The notes: a model not told the origin generated them from the sequence alone. A DNA stretch of 64,000 bases from Mariniblastus sp. (GCA_011523945.1 WTFU01000093.1:39385-103384), one strand, 5' to 3'. Positions 1 through 10,152 are shown, numbered from the stretch's first letter. Numbers and translations are program-made.

Positions 1-57
1 TTTGCCAGCCTCCTGAGCCAGGGCTTCGAGTTGTTCGATAAAGAGTTCAATGGACAT
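1..57 (-). CDS. pheS: Phenylalanine--tRNA ligase alpha subunit, 5' end only (runs off the window)
   Basis: ATG at 57 reads MSIELFIEQLEALAQEAGK..., a helical N-terminus. It lies directly downstream of rpmI-rplT, matching the conserved rpmI-rplT-pheS order. The call rests mainly on synteny. Confidence 0.6.
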   Translation of the reverse strand, partial: MSIELFIEQLEALAQEAGK

Positions 58-267
58 TTCTACGGCAGGCAATTTGCCTGTTTAAAAATTGGAAGGAATT
101 GTAAATTAAAATCTCACCCGAGCCTGTTGGATCGCCCAACGACCATCCGAAGAATGACTTTCAAAAGAGAAAATGAATTTGCCTGATTCGCACATTCTTA
201 ATCATGAGGTGCCGACCGAGCTAAATTCTTTCAACAACTAATGATCTCAGCCTGGTTAGTCTCATAG

Positions 268-305
268 AAAAAGGGAGACAACCGGCCAAAGTTGTCTCCC
301 TTTTT
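268..305 (-). terminator. Intrinsic (probably bidirectional) terminator after rplT
   Basis: Perfect 15-bp inverted repeat AAAAAGGGAGACAAC / GTTGTCTCCCTTTTT with an 8-nt loop and a T-run on both strands, 26 nt past the rplT stop. Confidence 0.85.
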
Positions 306-331
306 AATATATCAAGTTCCCGAATGCTGTC

Positions 332-688
332 CTAAGCGGCCAGTGCTTCTTTGACAGATTCTACGATCACATCAAAACCAGCCGGATCGCAAATTGCGAT
401 CTCCGAGAGCGATTTGCGATCGAGTTCGATTTCGGCTTTGTGCAAACCATGGATAAATTGACTGTAACGCAAGCCCCTTTGACGGCACGCTGCGTTGATT
501 CGTGTGATCCACAATCTTCGATAGGTTCGTTTCTTGACTCGCCGATCACGAAACGAGAAAACACCCGCTCGAATCAAAGTCTCTTTCACGGTTCGCAACA
601 TATTGCGACGACCGCCACGATAACCTTTTGCTCTTTTGAAAAGCTTACGCTTTGCTTTGGTGCGAGCTGCACCCTTCGTTGTACGCAT
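332..688 (-). CDS. rplT: 50S ribosomal protein L20
   Basis: [27 protein letters not shown]...[11 protein letters not shown]...YSQFIHGL...[11 protein letters not shown] is a classic L20. Start moved to ATG 688. Confidence 0.98.
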   Translation of the reverse strand: MRTTKGAARTKAKRKLFKRAKGYRGGRRNMLRTVKETLIRAGVFSFRDRRVKKRTYRRLWITRINAACRQRGLRYSQFIHGLHKAEIELDRKSLSEIAICDPAGFDVIVESVKEALAA

Positions 689-830
689 CTGATCTACCCT
701 AAATTTTGCTAAACAGGCCTCAAACAATCGTTTGAAGTTGGTTGCCCATCAAAGCACGCAAAGAACTCGTCTTTGCATTGACTCGCATCTCCTAATCCGA
801 CCAATCAGGCCGCTGAAGACGCGAATCCGT

Positions 831-1037
831 TTAGTAACTATACTTGCCGAGAGCCTTCACCACCGACTGAACCATGCACTCATCGAGGATAGTTCCACCT
901 CTAAGATTGCGAGTACGTTTGGCACTCATTCGAACATTTCGGTGGGATTTACCCGAAGCACGGTGCTTAACTTTACCGGACGCGGTCAAGCGAAAACGCT
1001 TTTTCGTGCCCTTGTGGGTTTTCATTTTGTTTGACAT
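831..1037 (-). CDS. rpmI: 50S ribosomal protein L35
   Basis: KMKTHKGTKKRFRLTASGKVKHR is the L35 signature; the gene lies upstream of rplT. Confidence 0.97.
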   Translation of the reverse strand: MSNKMKTHKGTKKRFRLTASGKVKHRASGKSHRNVRMSAKRTRNLRGGTILDECMVQSVVKALGKYSY

Positions 1038-1532
1038 TGAATCGCCGTCGTATTTCTAAAATCAAAATTGAGTCGAGGATTGTACGCGGAAACGAGTCTT
1101 TATTAAAGGGCTTTTATCCCAATCTCCCTAATTACTAAGAGAGTTTGCCAATTCCACCAAAATTCCTTGCGAAAATCAGCAAAGGCCCCGTTCATCGGGG
1201 ATTATCCCTCATTTACTTCGGAAAACTCTTGTATTTGAACGCTAAAGGACTCGCCCATTACGCACAAACGTTAATTTTCACCAACCAATTACCAAGGACT
1301 CGTCCTAACCTCGGTAAATATTGGATTTGGTTGCCAAATCTGCGGCTATGCCTTCCATCGGCAAACCGGAGTTGAGTTGGTGCATCTATCCTAACCAAGT
1401 CGCCGAAAATGTCTCAATAAATGCAGGTATTCGAGTCAAATCGCGACAAACATCGCCCGCCGAGAAAATGCATGAAAAAGACCTGAAACCAACCGGCTTC
1501 AGGTCTCGAATAGACAACTATTCTCTGTGAAC

Positions 1533-2729
1533 TTACTTGAACCGACTGAAGACACCGGAAGCCGTCTGTTCAGTCACCTGCGGAACCCCTACCGGTACTG
1601 GTTGTAGGTCACACGCAATCCCTGCTTTGGCGAGCTTTGACGGCAGAGTATACGAGCGAATCGCATTCGGTCTGCCTGGCAAATTTGCCGGCGACCCTTT
1701 GAACTTTTCGATCATCTTCACCATCTCCGGATTTTGCCGGTCAATGCCGTTTTCATCACTCTGCTTCAACCAGTCATACCCGCCGACGCAAACGTAACTT
1801 TCGTAGCGATCATGAAACTCATACGCTTCGACGCCTTGCTTCCTCAGATAGTCCGTCAGCACAGTCGCTTTTTTCGCTGCATTGACTAACTTGCTCTCCG
1901 TTTGTGCCCGATCATTCTTTTTTCGCCACGATTCCTCGGCTCGAGTTTGAGCGATTTCTTCGAGTTCCATGGTGGAATCCCCGCTGAAAGACGCAATCTT
2001 GACGGTGTAAAGACTTTTATTCTTCAACAGACTGTATTTTGAATCCCGGTTCCAACTAATAACGATGTCGTCCGTCTTCCGAGCCTGAAAATACTCATCC
2101 GGAAGCATTGGGTTCGGCATCATAAAAGCAGCTTTCATTGGCCCTTTGACTCGGTCTTCCGGGTCATCACTCTTAAGCATCGAAAAATTCCTCCAAGCAC
2201 GTAAAACGGAGGTCGAGTCCTTATCGATGCCAACCTTGTCATAAGTAATCATTGACTCAGGCTTCAAGGTCTTGATCATGGCGAGTGTTTTTTGAGCACG
2301 ACTGTCCTCGACAGACGCAAATTCACCGACCAGGACGGCGGTCTCCGTAATTTGAGATGCACTCGCAGGCTTCATTCGCTTGGGACGAAGCCGTTTTTGA
2401 CCACCATCCTCAAACACCTCAAATCCCAACCCCTGATCAGCAACAATTGGGTTTAAATCAAATTCGTGGACGTAAACATAGGTCTTCAAGCGATGCTGCT
2501 CACTTAATTCCGCAGCCAGTCGCTGTGCCTGTTGTTTACCGTCTTCACCAACAAACGAAGCGCACATGATCAACCATGGCCCGGCTTTTTTGGTCAACTC
2601 TCTCGACTCACCAGATTGCCCTTCAGATTTCTTACTTCCAAACGGGAGCTTAAACCGCTGAGCGTTGGCCGATTGAGAAAATACCGCAACGGCTAGCAAT
2701 CCAATAATAAACAGTCGAATTGTTCTCAT
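1533..2729 (-). CDS. Secreted hypothetical protein (possible SPOR-like alpha/beta repeats)
   Basis: 398-aa ORF with a signal peptide (LFIIGLLAVAVFSQSANA-Q). Two segments have a similar pattern (WLIMCASF...AQRLAAELSEQH and YTVKIASF...LTDYLRKQGVEAY). Confidence 0.75.
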   Translation of the reverse strand: MRTIRLFIIGLLAVAVFSQSANAQRFKLPFGSKKSEGQSGESRELTKKAGPWLIMCASFVGEDGKQQAQRLAAELSEQHRLKTYVYVHEFDLNPIVADQGLGFEVFEDGGQKRLRPKRMKPASASQITETAVLVGEFASVEDSRAQKTLAMIKTLKPESMITYDKVGIDKDSTSVLRAWRNFSMLKSDDPEDRVKGPMKAAFMMPNPMLPDEYFQARKTDDIVISWNRDSKYSLLKNKSLYTVKIASFSGDSTMELEEIAQTRAEESWRKKNDRAQTESKLVNAAKKATVLTDYLRKQGVEAYEFHDRYESYVCVGGYDWLKQSDENGIDRQNPEMVKMIEKFKGSPANLPGRPNAIRSYTLPSKLAKAGIACDLQPVPVGVPQVTEQTASGVFSRFK

Positions 2730-3080
2730 CTCTATCTCCTGACATTTGTGCCGCCAACGATCGCAATCCGTGCTTTATTTCAGGGCGGTTTTCATCACGG
2801 CGGGACGGTACCAAACCAGTAAAACTTGAGCCAGACCAATTTAAATTCGGAAAAAAAACAAAATCTGATGTCATTTCGAAAAGCTAAAGGGGAAAATTCC
2901 ACCAAAAAGCCAAATATTCGCTTGAAAATTTTGCATCGCGCCGTCGAATACCTTAAACTTGGGATATGAGGTGTCTAATGGACACATATTTAACATTGAG
3001 GCCTCCGCACAAGTTAGGGTGAGAATCACTCCGCTGTGACATAGACGTGCGAAGGTAACGACACTTTCGAGGTTGAAGAA

Positions 3081-4241
3081 ATGCAATACAGTTTCCGTCT
3101 CGCTGAGCTTTTAGGCCACGTTCCCGATCCAAGAAAACGCCCCGGAACCATTAAAGCGATTGTGGAGTACACCGGTCTGGATCGCCATCAGGTCGCCGCG
3201 CTTCTCAAAAATGAAGTCAAGTACATACCTTTGAAAGCGCTTTCCAGATTATGTGACTTCCTGATTGAACACGGGCACGCTACCGCAGACCAATTACCGG
3301 GGGCCTTGTTTTCTGTGGAGCCGGAGAATTTCTGGGAATTGCTTGCGAGACGTCGCCGTTTGGAAATGTGTGTGGGCGTTCGTAAAGATGTCAGTGCGGA
3401 AAATCCAGACGTGTCGTTCGTTGTTGCCTCCGACTCTGTCTTGCTCGGTGAGATTCTCAACGGGGTCACAACGCTTGGTGGAACGGCCAAATTAAGAAAA
3501 TCGGATGGAAACATGTCCATGATGACGTCGGACTCACTTCCCCACCCGGAGCACCTAAAGCAATCACTTGTCTGGAGCCCCGGTCAGGCGGACGAGCAGG
3601 AAGTCATCCGAAGGGCCTCAATGGTCTATAACGAATTCTCCGAATCAAAAGGAGATAAAGCACTCATCGGTATCGGGAGCACCAAGAGCAATCCGGTTGT
3701 TGAAATCGTGCTGTCCAAGGCGTTTAATTGTGATCCCTTTGAGAGCCAGGATAACGTCAGCGATGCCGCCCAGAGAGCACTTCCCTTTTTCATGAGATAC
3801 CGGGACAACGACCCCCACATCCCATCTTGTTTTGCCGGTTTGAATCTTAGCGAGAACAACCAAACGCTCGACGCTGGCCTCTACTATGAAAACGAACAGG
3901 GCGTTTGGAATCGCTTCGGAAGCGATAATCCAAAGGAAGAGGTCGCCTTTGTGTTCTATGTCCACCGCGAGTCTCAGGGACGTTTAGAGATGGTACTAGG
4001 TGGATTCTCTGGGCGAGCGACGCGACTTCTTGCTCGGGCTCTTGCCACGCGTGCCGAGGATTTTTGGCCGCCAATTTACGAAATGCAAGGAATTCAGGTC
4101 GGTGGATTCATGGTCAAATTTACAATGCCCACCAGTAAGAAAGAAACAGATATTTTGCGAACTGATTTGGTCGCAACGACTGAAGTTACAAAAATTCCGC
4201 GCGAGGCGTTTGTCCGACGATTAGAACGTGGCAAGTCTTAA
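3081..4241 (+). CDS. XRE/Cro-type helix-turn-helix protein with a large uncharacterised C-terminal domain
   Basis: N-terminal IKAIVEYTGLDRHQVAALLKNEVKYIPLKALSRLCDFL fits an HTH_26/XRE pattern. 386 aa, transcribed divergently from 1533..2729. Confidence 0.75.
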   Translation: MQYSFRLAELLGHVPDPRKRPGTIKAIVEYTGLDRHQVAALLKNEVKYIPLKALSRLCDFLIEHGHATADQLPGALFSVEPENFWELLARRRRLEMCVGVRKDVSAENPDVSFVVASDSVLLGEILNGVTTLGGTAKLRKSDGNMSMMTSDSLPHPEHLKQSLVWSPGQADEQEVIRRASMVYNEFSESKGDKALIGIGSTKSNPVVEIVLSKAFNCDPFESQDNVSDAAQRALPFFMRYRDNDPHIPSCFAGLNLSENNQTLDAGLYYENEQGVWNRFGSDNPKEEVAFVFYVHRESQGRLEMVLGGFSGRATRLLARALATRAEDFWPPIYEMQGIQVGGFMVKFTMPTSKKETDILRTDLVATTEVTKIPREAFVRRLERGKS

Positions 4242-4324
4242 TGTCGCAAGTCTTTACCAGACCATTCAGCCCGCCGCGGCAGCAACTTTACTCCACGTTC
4301 AATAGATACTCCCGGTAACAATCG

Positions 4325-4696
4325 ATGCTTACCCAATTTTCCGTAGGCCAAGTCTGGACCTATAAAACGCGGGACTGCGAACCCAATTCACGAATCACCA
4401 TCGTCCGACTCGATGAGGACCCCGATTTTGGCACGATCGTCCACGTCTTTGTGTCCGGTGTGTCTATTCCTAACGCACAGGCCCCCCGGGGCGTTACAAC
4501 CTTTATCGCCCACCTTCCCTACTCGGAGGAGGGACTGGAGCAATGCGTGCTCCAACTCGATAAAGAATCCACGGAGTTGCCCGACTACGAAGGCGCCTAC
4601 CAACTTTGGCGTACGGCATTTGATTCAAACGAAGCAGGCGTATTTGATGATCCCGTCAGCGAGGTCATTGCCTCAATGGCAACCTTTGCCCACTAG
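4325..4696 (+). CDS. Hypothetical protein
   Basis: 123-aa ORF with protein-like composition (FSVGQVWTYKTR...IVHVFV...HLPYSEE) that fills the gap between neighbours. Confidence 0.7.
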   Translation: MLTQFSVGQVWTYKTRDCEPNSRITIVRLDEDPDFGTIVHVFVSGVSIPNAQAPRGVTTFIAHLPYSEEGLEQCVLQLDKESTELPDYEGAYQLWRTAFDSNEAGVFDDPVSEVIASMATFAH

Positions 4697-4727
4697 CACG
4701 CACGATGGCACCCCAACCAATTGATTC

Positions 4728-5471
4728 TTACCTTGGTACCAATCGGATTCTGGTGATAATCAAATCAGAATTTGGGTCAATTTCCTTGCCAATTAGAGCT
4801 AAGGTTGAGTTATCCGGTTTACCAAGCCGCACCATCACCTGTTCGGTAAAGTCAGTATCCTGAGGCAGTGCGTAAAACGCGACCGGCCTTCGATCTCCCA
4901 GACAAATATCAAGACTACCCTCGTATTTTGAGCGATAGGTAATGAAACACCGGAAGTAACCGGTTTTTCGATCTTCGATCGCTAAATCCCACTTCGCCTC
5001 GCCAGCGCTCGACCAGTCACTAATCCCAGAGCTCTTTGCCTCACACCCCGTAACCTTCGCCAAACGGATCGGTAAATTTAGACTTCCATCAGACTCTTGC
5101 CTAACGGTTAATTTGGAGACCCTAGACTCGCCATCATCCGGCGGCACCGAATCCTCAACTGCCACTCCCACTTTTTGGGCCGGTTCATCTGCAACGACGG
5201 AGGCTTTTCCTCCCTCAAGACCCTCATCCGCTCCAACCGGATCAACTCCCACCGAACGAGTCTGACCTGACGTATTGCTTTCACCCGCCTCATCATCATT
5301 GGAAAGCAAGAGAACCGTTGCTGTCATTGCTATTACGGCAGTTGACACTAAGAACATAATGACCCGAATATCCAATAAATCATGAAACCAAGGCTTGAGT
5401 TCTATATCCAACTCTCTATCGCCAGATGAGTCTTCCTCAAGCATCCCGGGTACAGTGTGATTTTCTTCCAT
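4728..5471 (-). CDS. Single-pass membrane protein with a C-terminal beta-sandwich (possibly CBM-like) domain
   Basis: TM helix (VIMFLVSTAVIAMTATVLLLS), then an acidic linker, then a beta-rich C-terminus ending IITRIRLVPR. Confidence 0.65.
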   Translation of the reverse strand: MEENHTVPGMLEEDSSGDRELDIELKPWFHDLLDIRVIMFLVSTAVIAMTATVLLLSNDDEAGESNTSGQTRSVGVDPVGADEGLEGGKASVVADEPAQKVGVAVEDSVPPDDGESRVSKLTVRQESDGSLNLPIRLAKVTGCEAKSSGISDWSSAGEAKWDLAIEDRKTGYFRCFITYRSKYEGSLDICLGDRRPVAFYALPQDTDFTEQVMVRLGKPDNSTLALIGKEIDPNSDLIITRIRLVPR

Positions 5472-6027
5472 CCGCTTGTCTTTTACCTTCCAAATGATGT
5501 ACAGATCATTCTCTCAAGAGTTTCTCTGCTCTCAAGCAATTCCAAATAATGAAGTTGGACTCTTCTAGCATGCATCTATCACGCAATCAAAAAATGCCAT
5601 CACTCTGATTTGAATTCAATCCCCTTCGTGGGAAAGCTTCAAAGTCTAAGGGATTGATCCCCAAGGTTTACCCTCCGAACGCTTAATCAATATCGAATTT
5701 AGATCATTCCCATCCGAGAAACACCCTAAATAAGTCGATTAAATCAACGTCATCTCACTCTCAAACAACACTCAAGTCAATTCGGCTATTAGTCGAACCC
5801 CCCTCACTAAAATTCAAAATTTGGCTGCCATGATGATTCGGAGCTTACAAGTCGTTCCGATTTTAACGCTCAAAAAAAGCACGATTTGGTTTCAATTAAC
5901 GATCCTTCAAACCGTTCTATTGAGAGAGCGATTTGCTGCCGATGTACTCAGTGGGAATCAAAATAATTGAAATCCCAAACGCAAGACTCGGGTCGCTCGG
6001 CCCGAACCATCACTGACGGGGGCAAAT

Positions 6028-6312
6028 GTGTCACAGGACATCAACGTAGTAGCATTGGTAAAAGGCGAAGAACGCTACATCTTTTTGTTTAATGACAAAA
6101 AGAAGGGCGAAACACTTCGAACGCTTGGTCGCTACGCGTCAGACGGAAAGCTTAGTTTCTCTTGGTATGATGCTGCAGTCTTGAGCCAAAAAGTTCGAAA
6201 TATTCAAAAAACCGAAACCCCGACCGAACCGTCTCCCGGTCGCTTTGCAGCTCCGCATCTTGGAGATTTGTTTTCCAACGAGGATCTTTTTTCGGGGGAA
6301 GACACGTTCTAA
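6028..6312 (+). CDS. Small conserved-looking hypothetical protein upstream of xerC
   Basis: 94 aa (DINVVALVKGEERYIFLF...LGRYASDGKLSFSWYDAAVLSQKVR), with GGGG upstream of the GTG start. Confidence 0.75.
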   Translation: MSQDINVVALVKGEERYIFLFNDKKKGETLRTLGRYASDGKLSFSWYDAAVLSQKVRNIQKTETPTEPSPGRFAAPHLGDLFSNEDLFSGEDTF

Positions 6313-6392
6313 ACACGACGTGCTTTAATCGTCTCCGAGCCTGTCGAACTGTTTTGTAGGTACCGTGGTCCGAGTACAGGAGCGACCTCGAA

Positions 6393-7301
6393 TTGGAAAA
6401 ATCCATCCCCCGATTTCTGCGTTACCTGAGTGTCGAACGAAATTGTTCTGATCTGACCATTAAGTCATACCGCGAAGATCTCGAATTGCTGTATGGCTTT
6501 CTCTGCGACACGCTCCCTTCGAGCCCGAGACCCTCGAAAATTACCCCTTTAGATTTGCGAAAATATGTCTCGGCGCTTCACGAATCAGGATATGCCAAGA
6601 GTTCAGTTTCGCGACGACTTGCTTCCATGCGAAGTTACTTCAAGTTTTGCCAGCGCGAAGGACTATGCGCAACCAATCCCGCTAAGCCTTTGAGGAATCC
6701 GCGACGCGAGCGAAAACTGCCGCACTTCCTGACAGGCTCGGAAATCGGGCAACTGCTTTCAGCACCTTCAAAAAATGAACCGCTGGGAATTCGGGACCGT
6801 GCGATTCTTGAAACTCTTTATTCCGCGGGCTTGCGTGTTAGCGAGCTGGTCGGCGTAAATCTGGACGACCTCGATCTCACCGATGGTCTCGTGCGCGTGC
6901 GGGGAAAAGGTAAGCGAGAGCGTCTAGCTCCGCTCGGTAGTTTTGCGGTCAGAGCGTTGCGTCTATGGCTCAAAAAACGAACTCCAGCTCGCGGTTTAAG
7001 CAAAGAAGATTCAGCGGCGGTATTTCTTAACAAATTTGGAAAACGACTTACCACGCGAAGTGTTGCGCGAATGCTGGAAAAGTACCTCAAGGTCACTGGG
7101 CTGGACTTACGCACCTCTCCTCACACGCTGCGACACAGCTTCGCTACGCACCTCCTCGATCGTGGAGCCGATATCCGCAGTGTGCAAGAATTACTGGGAC
7201 ACAAAAGCCTCGTCACCACCCAGATCTATACCCATGTCAGCACTGCAGGTCTACGACAGGCTTACGAGAGAGCCCATCCCCGCGCGCGAAAAGACGCATA
7301 G
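6393..7301 (+). CDS. xerC: Tyrosine recombinase XerC
   Basis: Catalytic motifs RDRAILETLYSAGLRVSEL, GKGKRER, HTLRHSFATHLL, VQELLGH and TTQIYTHV; 302 aa with an N-terminal SAM-like domain. Confidence 0.9.
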   Translation: MEKSIPRFLRYLSVERNCSDLTIKSYREDLELLYGFLCDTLPSSPRPSKITPLDLRKYVSALHESGYAKSSVSRRLASMRSYFKFCQREGLCATNPAKPLRNPRRERKLPHFLTGSEIGQLLSAPSKNEPLGIRDRAILETLYSAGLRVSELVGVNLDDLDLTDGLVRVRGKGKRERLAPLGSFAVRALRLWLKKRTPARGLSKEDSAAVFLNKFGKRLTTRSVARMLEKYLKVTGLDLRTSPHTLRHSFATHLLDRGADIRSVQELLGHKSLVTTQIYTHVSTAGLRQAYERAHPRARKDA

Positions 7302-7366
7302 ACCTGTGATTGCAGCGAGCAATAAAAATCAGGCAGCGGAGTTAGCTTAATCTTCCAGCAGCCATG

Positions 7367-8419
7367 TTAGGGGCTGTTCTTCCCTCGAGTCTGGGGCAGC
7401 GAGGCACTGTCTTTTCCGGAGATTCGATCAGAGACAATCGATTTCAAATCGGTTCCTTCTTGTTGTCGCAAAGAAATCTCGTTAGGCGTCATCGCAATCT
7501 TACCGTCGCCCGTGAGCAACCAGAATGATGGTACGGACCGCACACCGTAGTCAAACAGAACGGGATGCTTCATTCCCGCAGTCATGCCATGCGAGCCTGC
7601 TAATTTGCCGGTTTCGATCAACTTAATTGCAGCCTCCGGCGTATTGTCCACATTGATCGATAACAAGCGAAGACCGTGCTTCTCTTTCAATTCCCTATAA
7701 ACTTCATGAACCCTCTGCTGATCCAACTCAACATTCTGCCTCGCCGTCGTCCAAAAATTAAGCAGTAAATAATTTCCACCAAACTGCTGAGACTGAATCT
7801 TCTTATCGCCCGAAAGGCTGGCTATTTCAAACGGCGGAGCGGGATCCCCTGTTTTCAACAAAGGAGTAATCTCTATTTGAAGGGGCGGTAATGAAACTTC
7901 ATCAACGTCTTCAAGAATTTCAATTTGAGCAAAAAGTTCAAACACATAAGTCGTCTTTTCAATTTGACGATCCAGCCTCGCCGATAGCGAGTAAGTGCCG
8001 ACCGGCACATCGTATACAACAAATTGCCCTTCCGAATCGAACTTGATATCAAAGACCTTCGCCTGTTGCATGAGTTTGTCGCGCTCGGCAAGATATTTCT
8101 TCCCCTCGTCTGATGCGAGAAATTTTTCTGACCAAGCAAGCTTGTCTTCATTATTCCAGTCATCAAATTTCTCCGGGAATGCCGGTAACGGCCATGCTAC
8201 CTGCTCCTTGAGCGTGGCTTTTAACTGGCCGAAGGGAACGGTCAACGTCAGACCATCCCAGGATTTCCGATTGGCTTTGGCATACTCAATTTTCCCGCGA
8301 ACCACCGCATCCTCAGCGGGAACGGGGGCAGCACTTAAAAACATCACAACGAAAATAACCAACAATCCTGCGCACAACTTTTGAGACACAAACCGAGTTT
8401 TTGAACGGCACAATTGCAT
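7367..8419 (-). CDS. Secreted protein with a C-terminal TlpA/redoxin-like domain lacking CxxC
   Basis: Signal peptide, then GDPAPPFEIASL...YLLLNFW...LLSINVD...YGVRSVPSFWLL, a thioredoxin-fold pattern. The WCxxC position reads WTTARQN. Confidence 0.75.
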   Translation of the reverse strand: MQLCRSKTRFVSQKLCAGLLVIFVVMFLSAAPVPAEDAVVRGKIEYAKANRKSWDGLTLTVPFGQLKATLKEQVAWPLPAFPEKFDDWNNEDKLAWSEKFLASDEGKKYLAERDKLMQQAKVFDIKFDSEGQFVVYDVPVGTYSLSARLDRQIEKTTYVFELFAQIEILEDVDEVSLPPLQIEITPLLKTGDPAPPFEIASLSGDKKIQSQQFGGNYLLLNFWTTARQNVELDQQRVHEVYRELKEKHGLRLLSINVDNTPEAAIKLIETGKLAGSHGMTAGMKHPVLFDYGVRSVPSFWLLTGDGKIAMTPNEISLRQQEGTDLKSIVSDRISGKDSASLPQTRGKNSP

Positions 8420-8753
8420 TACGAACCACCAAAAAATTGTAGAAAAATCGGAAAGGCGATGATCTTAATCAAATACGCCTTACCTTCAGGCTATTTATCG
8501 GCACCGTGAACGTCAACGAGAACCCTTCCTAATCGCTCAGGTTGATGCTTTGGTTTAACGATTTAAAGGATTAGCGTTAAATACCTTTGAAATTTGAAGG
8601 ATTTATCAGCAGATTGGCAGTTGGCAGTTGACCATCGGGCCGCCCAAAAATTAAACTCTCAAGCTTGCATGAACCGGCGTTCTTCGGTGATTGCCGATTA
8701 ACTTGCCAACCGCTTTATGAGCGGTGTTTCACTTATTGCCTGAGGAGATCAGG

Positions 8754-10082
8754 GTGCCTGGACAGTGTGTAATTGGATTGCAGTGGGGTGATGAAGCCAA
8801 AGGAAAATTGGTCGACTTGCTAACCGATGGAAAAGACCTAGTTGTTCGCTATCAGGGTGGAGCCAATGCTGGCCATACCGTCGTGATTGGAGACGATGTC
8901 TATAAACTCCACCATATTCCCAGCGGGATTATTAATGAAGGTGTCCTGAATTTGATCACCCCGGGAGTAGTGATCAATCCACCAACGATTCTCAAAGAGA
9001 TTAATTCTCTCGCCGAGCGAGGAATCGACGTCTCCTCGCGAATGAAGATTAGCCAGCGTGCCCACGTTGTCATGCCATGGCACATCCTCGAAGACAAAAT
9101 GTGGAACGAGCTTGTTTCCGGTGAAGATAACATCGGAACGACGCTGCGGGGAATTGGCCCCTGCTATGCTGACAAAATTGGCCGTAGTTTTGCAATTCGA
9201 ATCGGTGACTTGATTCAGCCCGATTTTCCGGAGCGTGTTCGAAAAATTGTTGCGGTGAAAAAGAAAGTTCTCTCTGCTGCTTCCGGTGCTGATGAAACTA
9301 CACTCGATGCCGAGGCGATTATCACGGAGTATCAGGCGTATGCCCAGCAACTAGAGCCGATGATCACCGATACCAATCGAATCTTGCTCGACGCGGTCGA
9401 TGAAAACAAAGACATCCTTTTCGAAGGAGCTCAAGGCTCGCTGCTCGACATCGATCATGGCACCTTTCCATTCGTCACCAGCAGTAACAGTTCCGGTGTT
9501 GGCATCTCGACAGGCTCGGGTGTTCCAGGAAACTGGATCGAAAAAGTAATTGGCGTTACCAAGAGCTACGCGACTCGCGTTGGCGGAGGCCCTTTCCCAA
9601 CCGAGCAGGACAATGAAAAAGGTCAACACATCCGCGACATGGGTAACGAGTACGGTACGACTACCGGACGGCCTCGCCGATGCGGCTGGTTTGATGCTGT
9701 GGCCGCTCGCTACACCGCACGACTTGGCGGTGCGACCTCGGTTGCATTAACCATGCTCGATGTTCTCAGCGAACTTGAATCCATTGATGTTTGTGTCGCC
9801 TATGAAATCGACGGGGAGCGAGTTGAACACTTCCCTGCCAACGTCAATGATCTCCGAAACTTAACGCCGGTCTACGAATCCCTGCCGGGCTGGCAAGTCG
9901 ACGTAACCGGTGCTCGCTCGTTAGACGACTTGCCCCTCAATGCCGTTCGTTACGCTCGTAAGATTGAGACATTAATCGGCCGCCCAATCGAGTTCATTTC
10001 GGTTGGACCGGACCGAGCACAAACAATCTGGATTCCCCAAGACGAATCCCTAGAAGAGTACCTAAACGCGAAAGCGGTTTGA
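8754..10082 (+). CDS. purA: Adenylosuccinate synthetase
   Basis: GLQWGDEAKGK, RYQGGANAGHT, EGAQG, GTTTGRPRRCGW. The GTG start at 8754 follows a GAGGAG SD. Confidence 0.98.
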   Translation: MPGQCVIGLQWGDEAKGKLVDLLTDGKDLVVRYQGGANAGHTVVIGDDVYKLHHIPSGIINEGVLNLITPGVVINPPTILKEINSLAERGIDVSSRMKISQRAHVVMPWHILEDKMWNELVSGEDNIGTTLRGIGPCYADKIGRSFAIRIGDLIQPDFPERVRKIVAVKKKVLSAASGADETTLDAEAIITEYQAYAQQLEPMITDTNRILLDAVDENKDILFEGAQGSLLDIDHGTFPFVTSSNSSGVGISTGSGVPGNWIEKVIGVTKSYATRVGGGPFPTEQDNEKGQHIRDMGNEYGTTTGRPRRCGWFDAVAARYTARLGGATSVALTMLDVLSELESIDVCVAYEIDGERVEHFPANVNDLRNLTPVYESLPGWQVDVTGARSLDDLPLNAVRYARKIETLIGRPIEFISVGPDRAQTIWIPQDESLEEYLNAKAV

Positions 10083-10152
10083 GTTTCCAAAACTTAAACC
10101 TTGTTATCGAATTGAAATCCACTCGCCGTTTAAAATTGCAGTTACAGGCTCC

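Noticed and set aside
1038-1532. Missing infC upstream of rpmI as a deletion scar
   Set aside because: No infC remnant is visible, and separation of infC from rpmI-rplT occurs in many bacteria.
5472-6027. Hidden gene or ncRNA in a 550-nt gap
   Set aside because: No ORF of 60 aa or more, no stable long hairpin, and no tRNA-like arms were seen.
6393-7301. Tyrosine recombinase as a prophage or island integrase
   Set aside because: Its length and motifs fit chromosomal XerC, its neighbours are housekeeping genes, and no att repeats, tRNA target or phage cargo were seen.
8420-8753. Purine or ZTP riboswitch upstream of purA
   Set aside because: Only short hairpins and a TTGGCAG direct repeat are present; the conserved riboswitch core sequences are absent.
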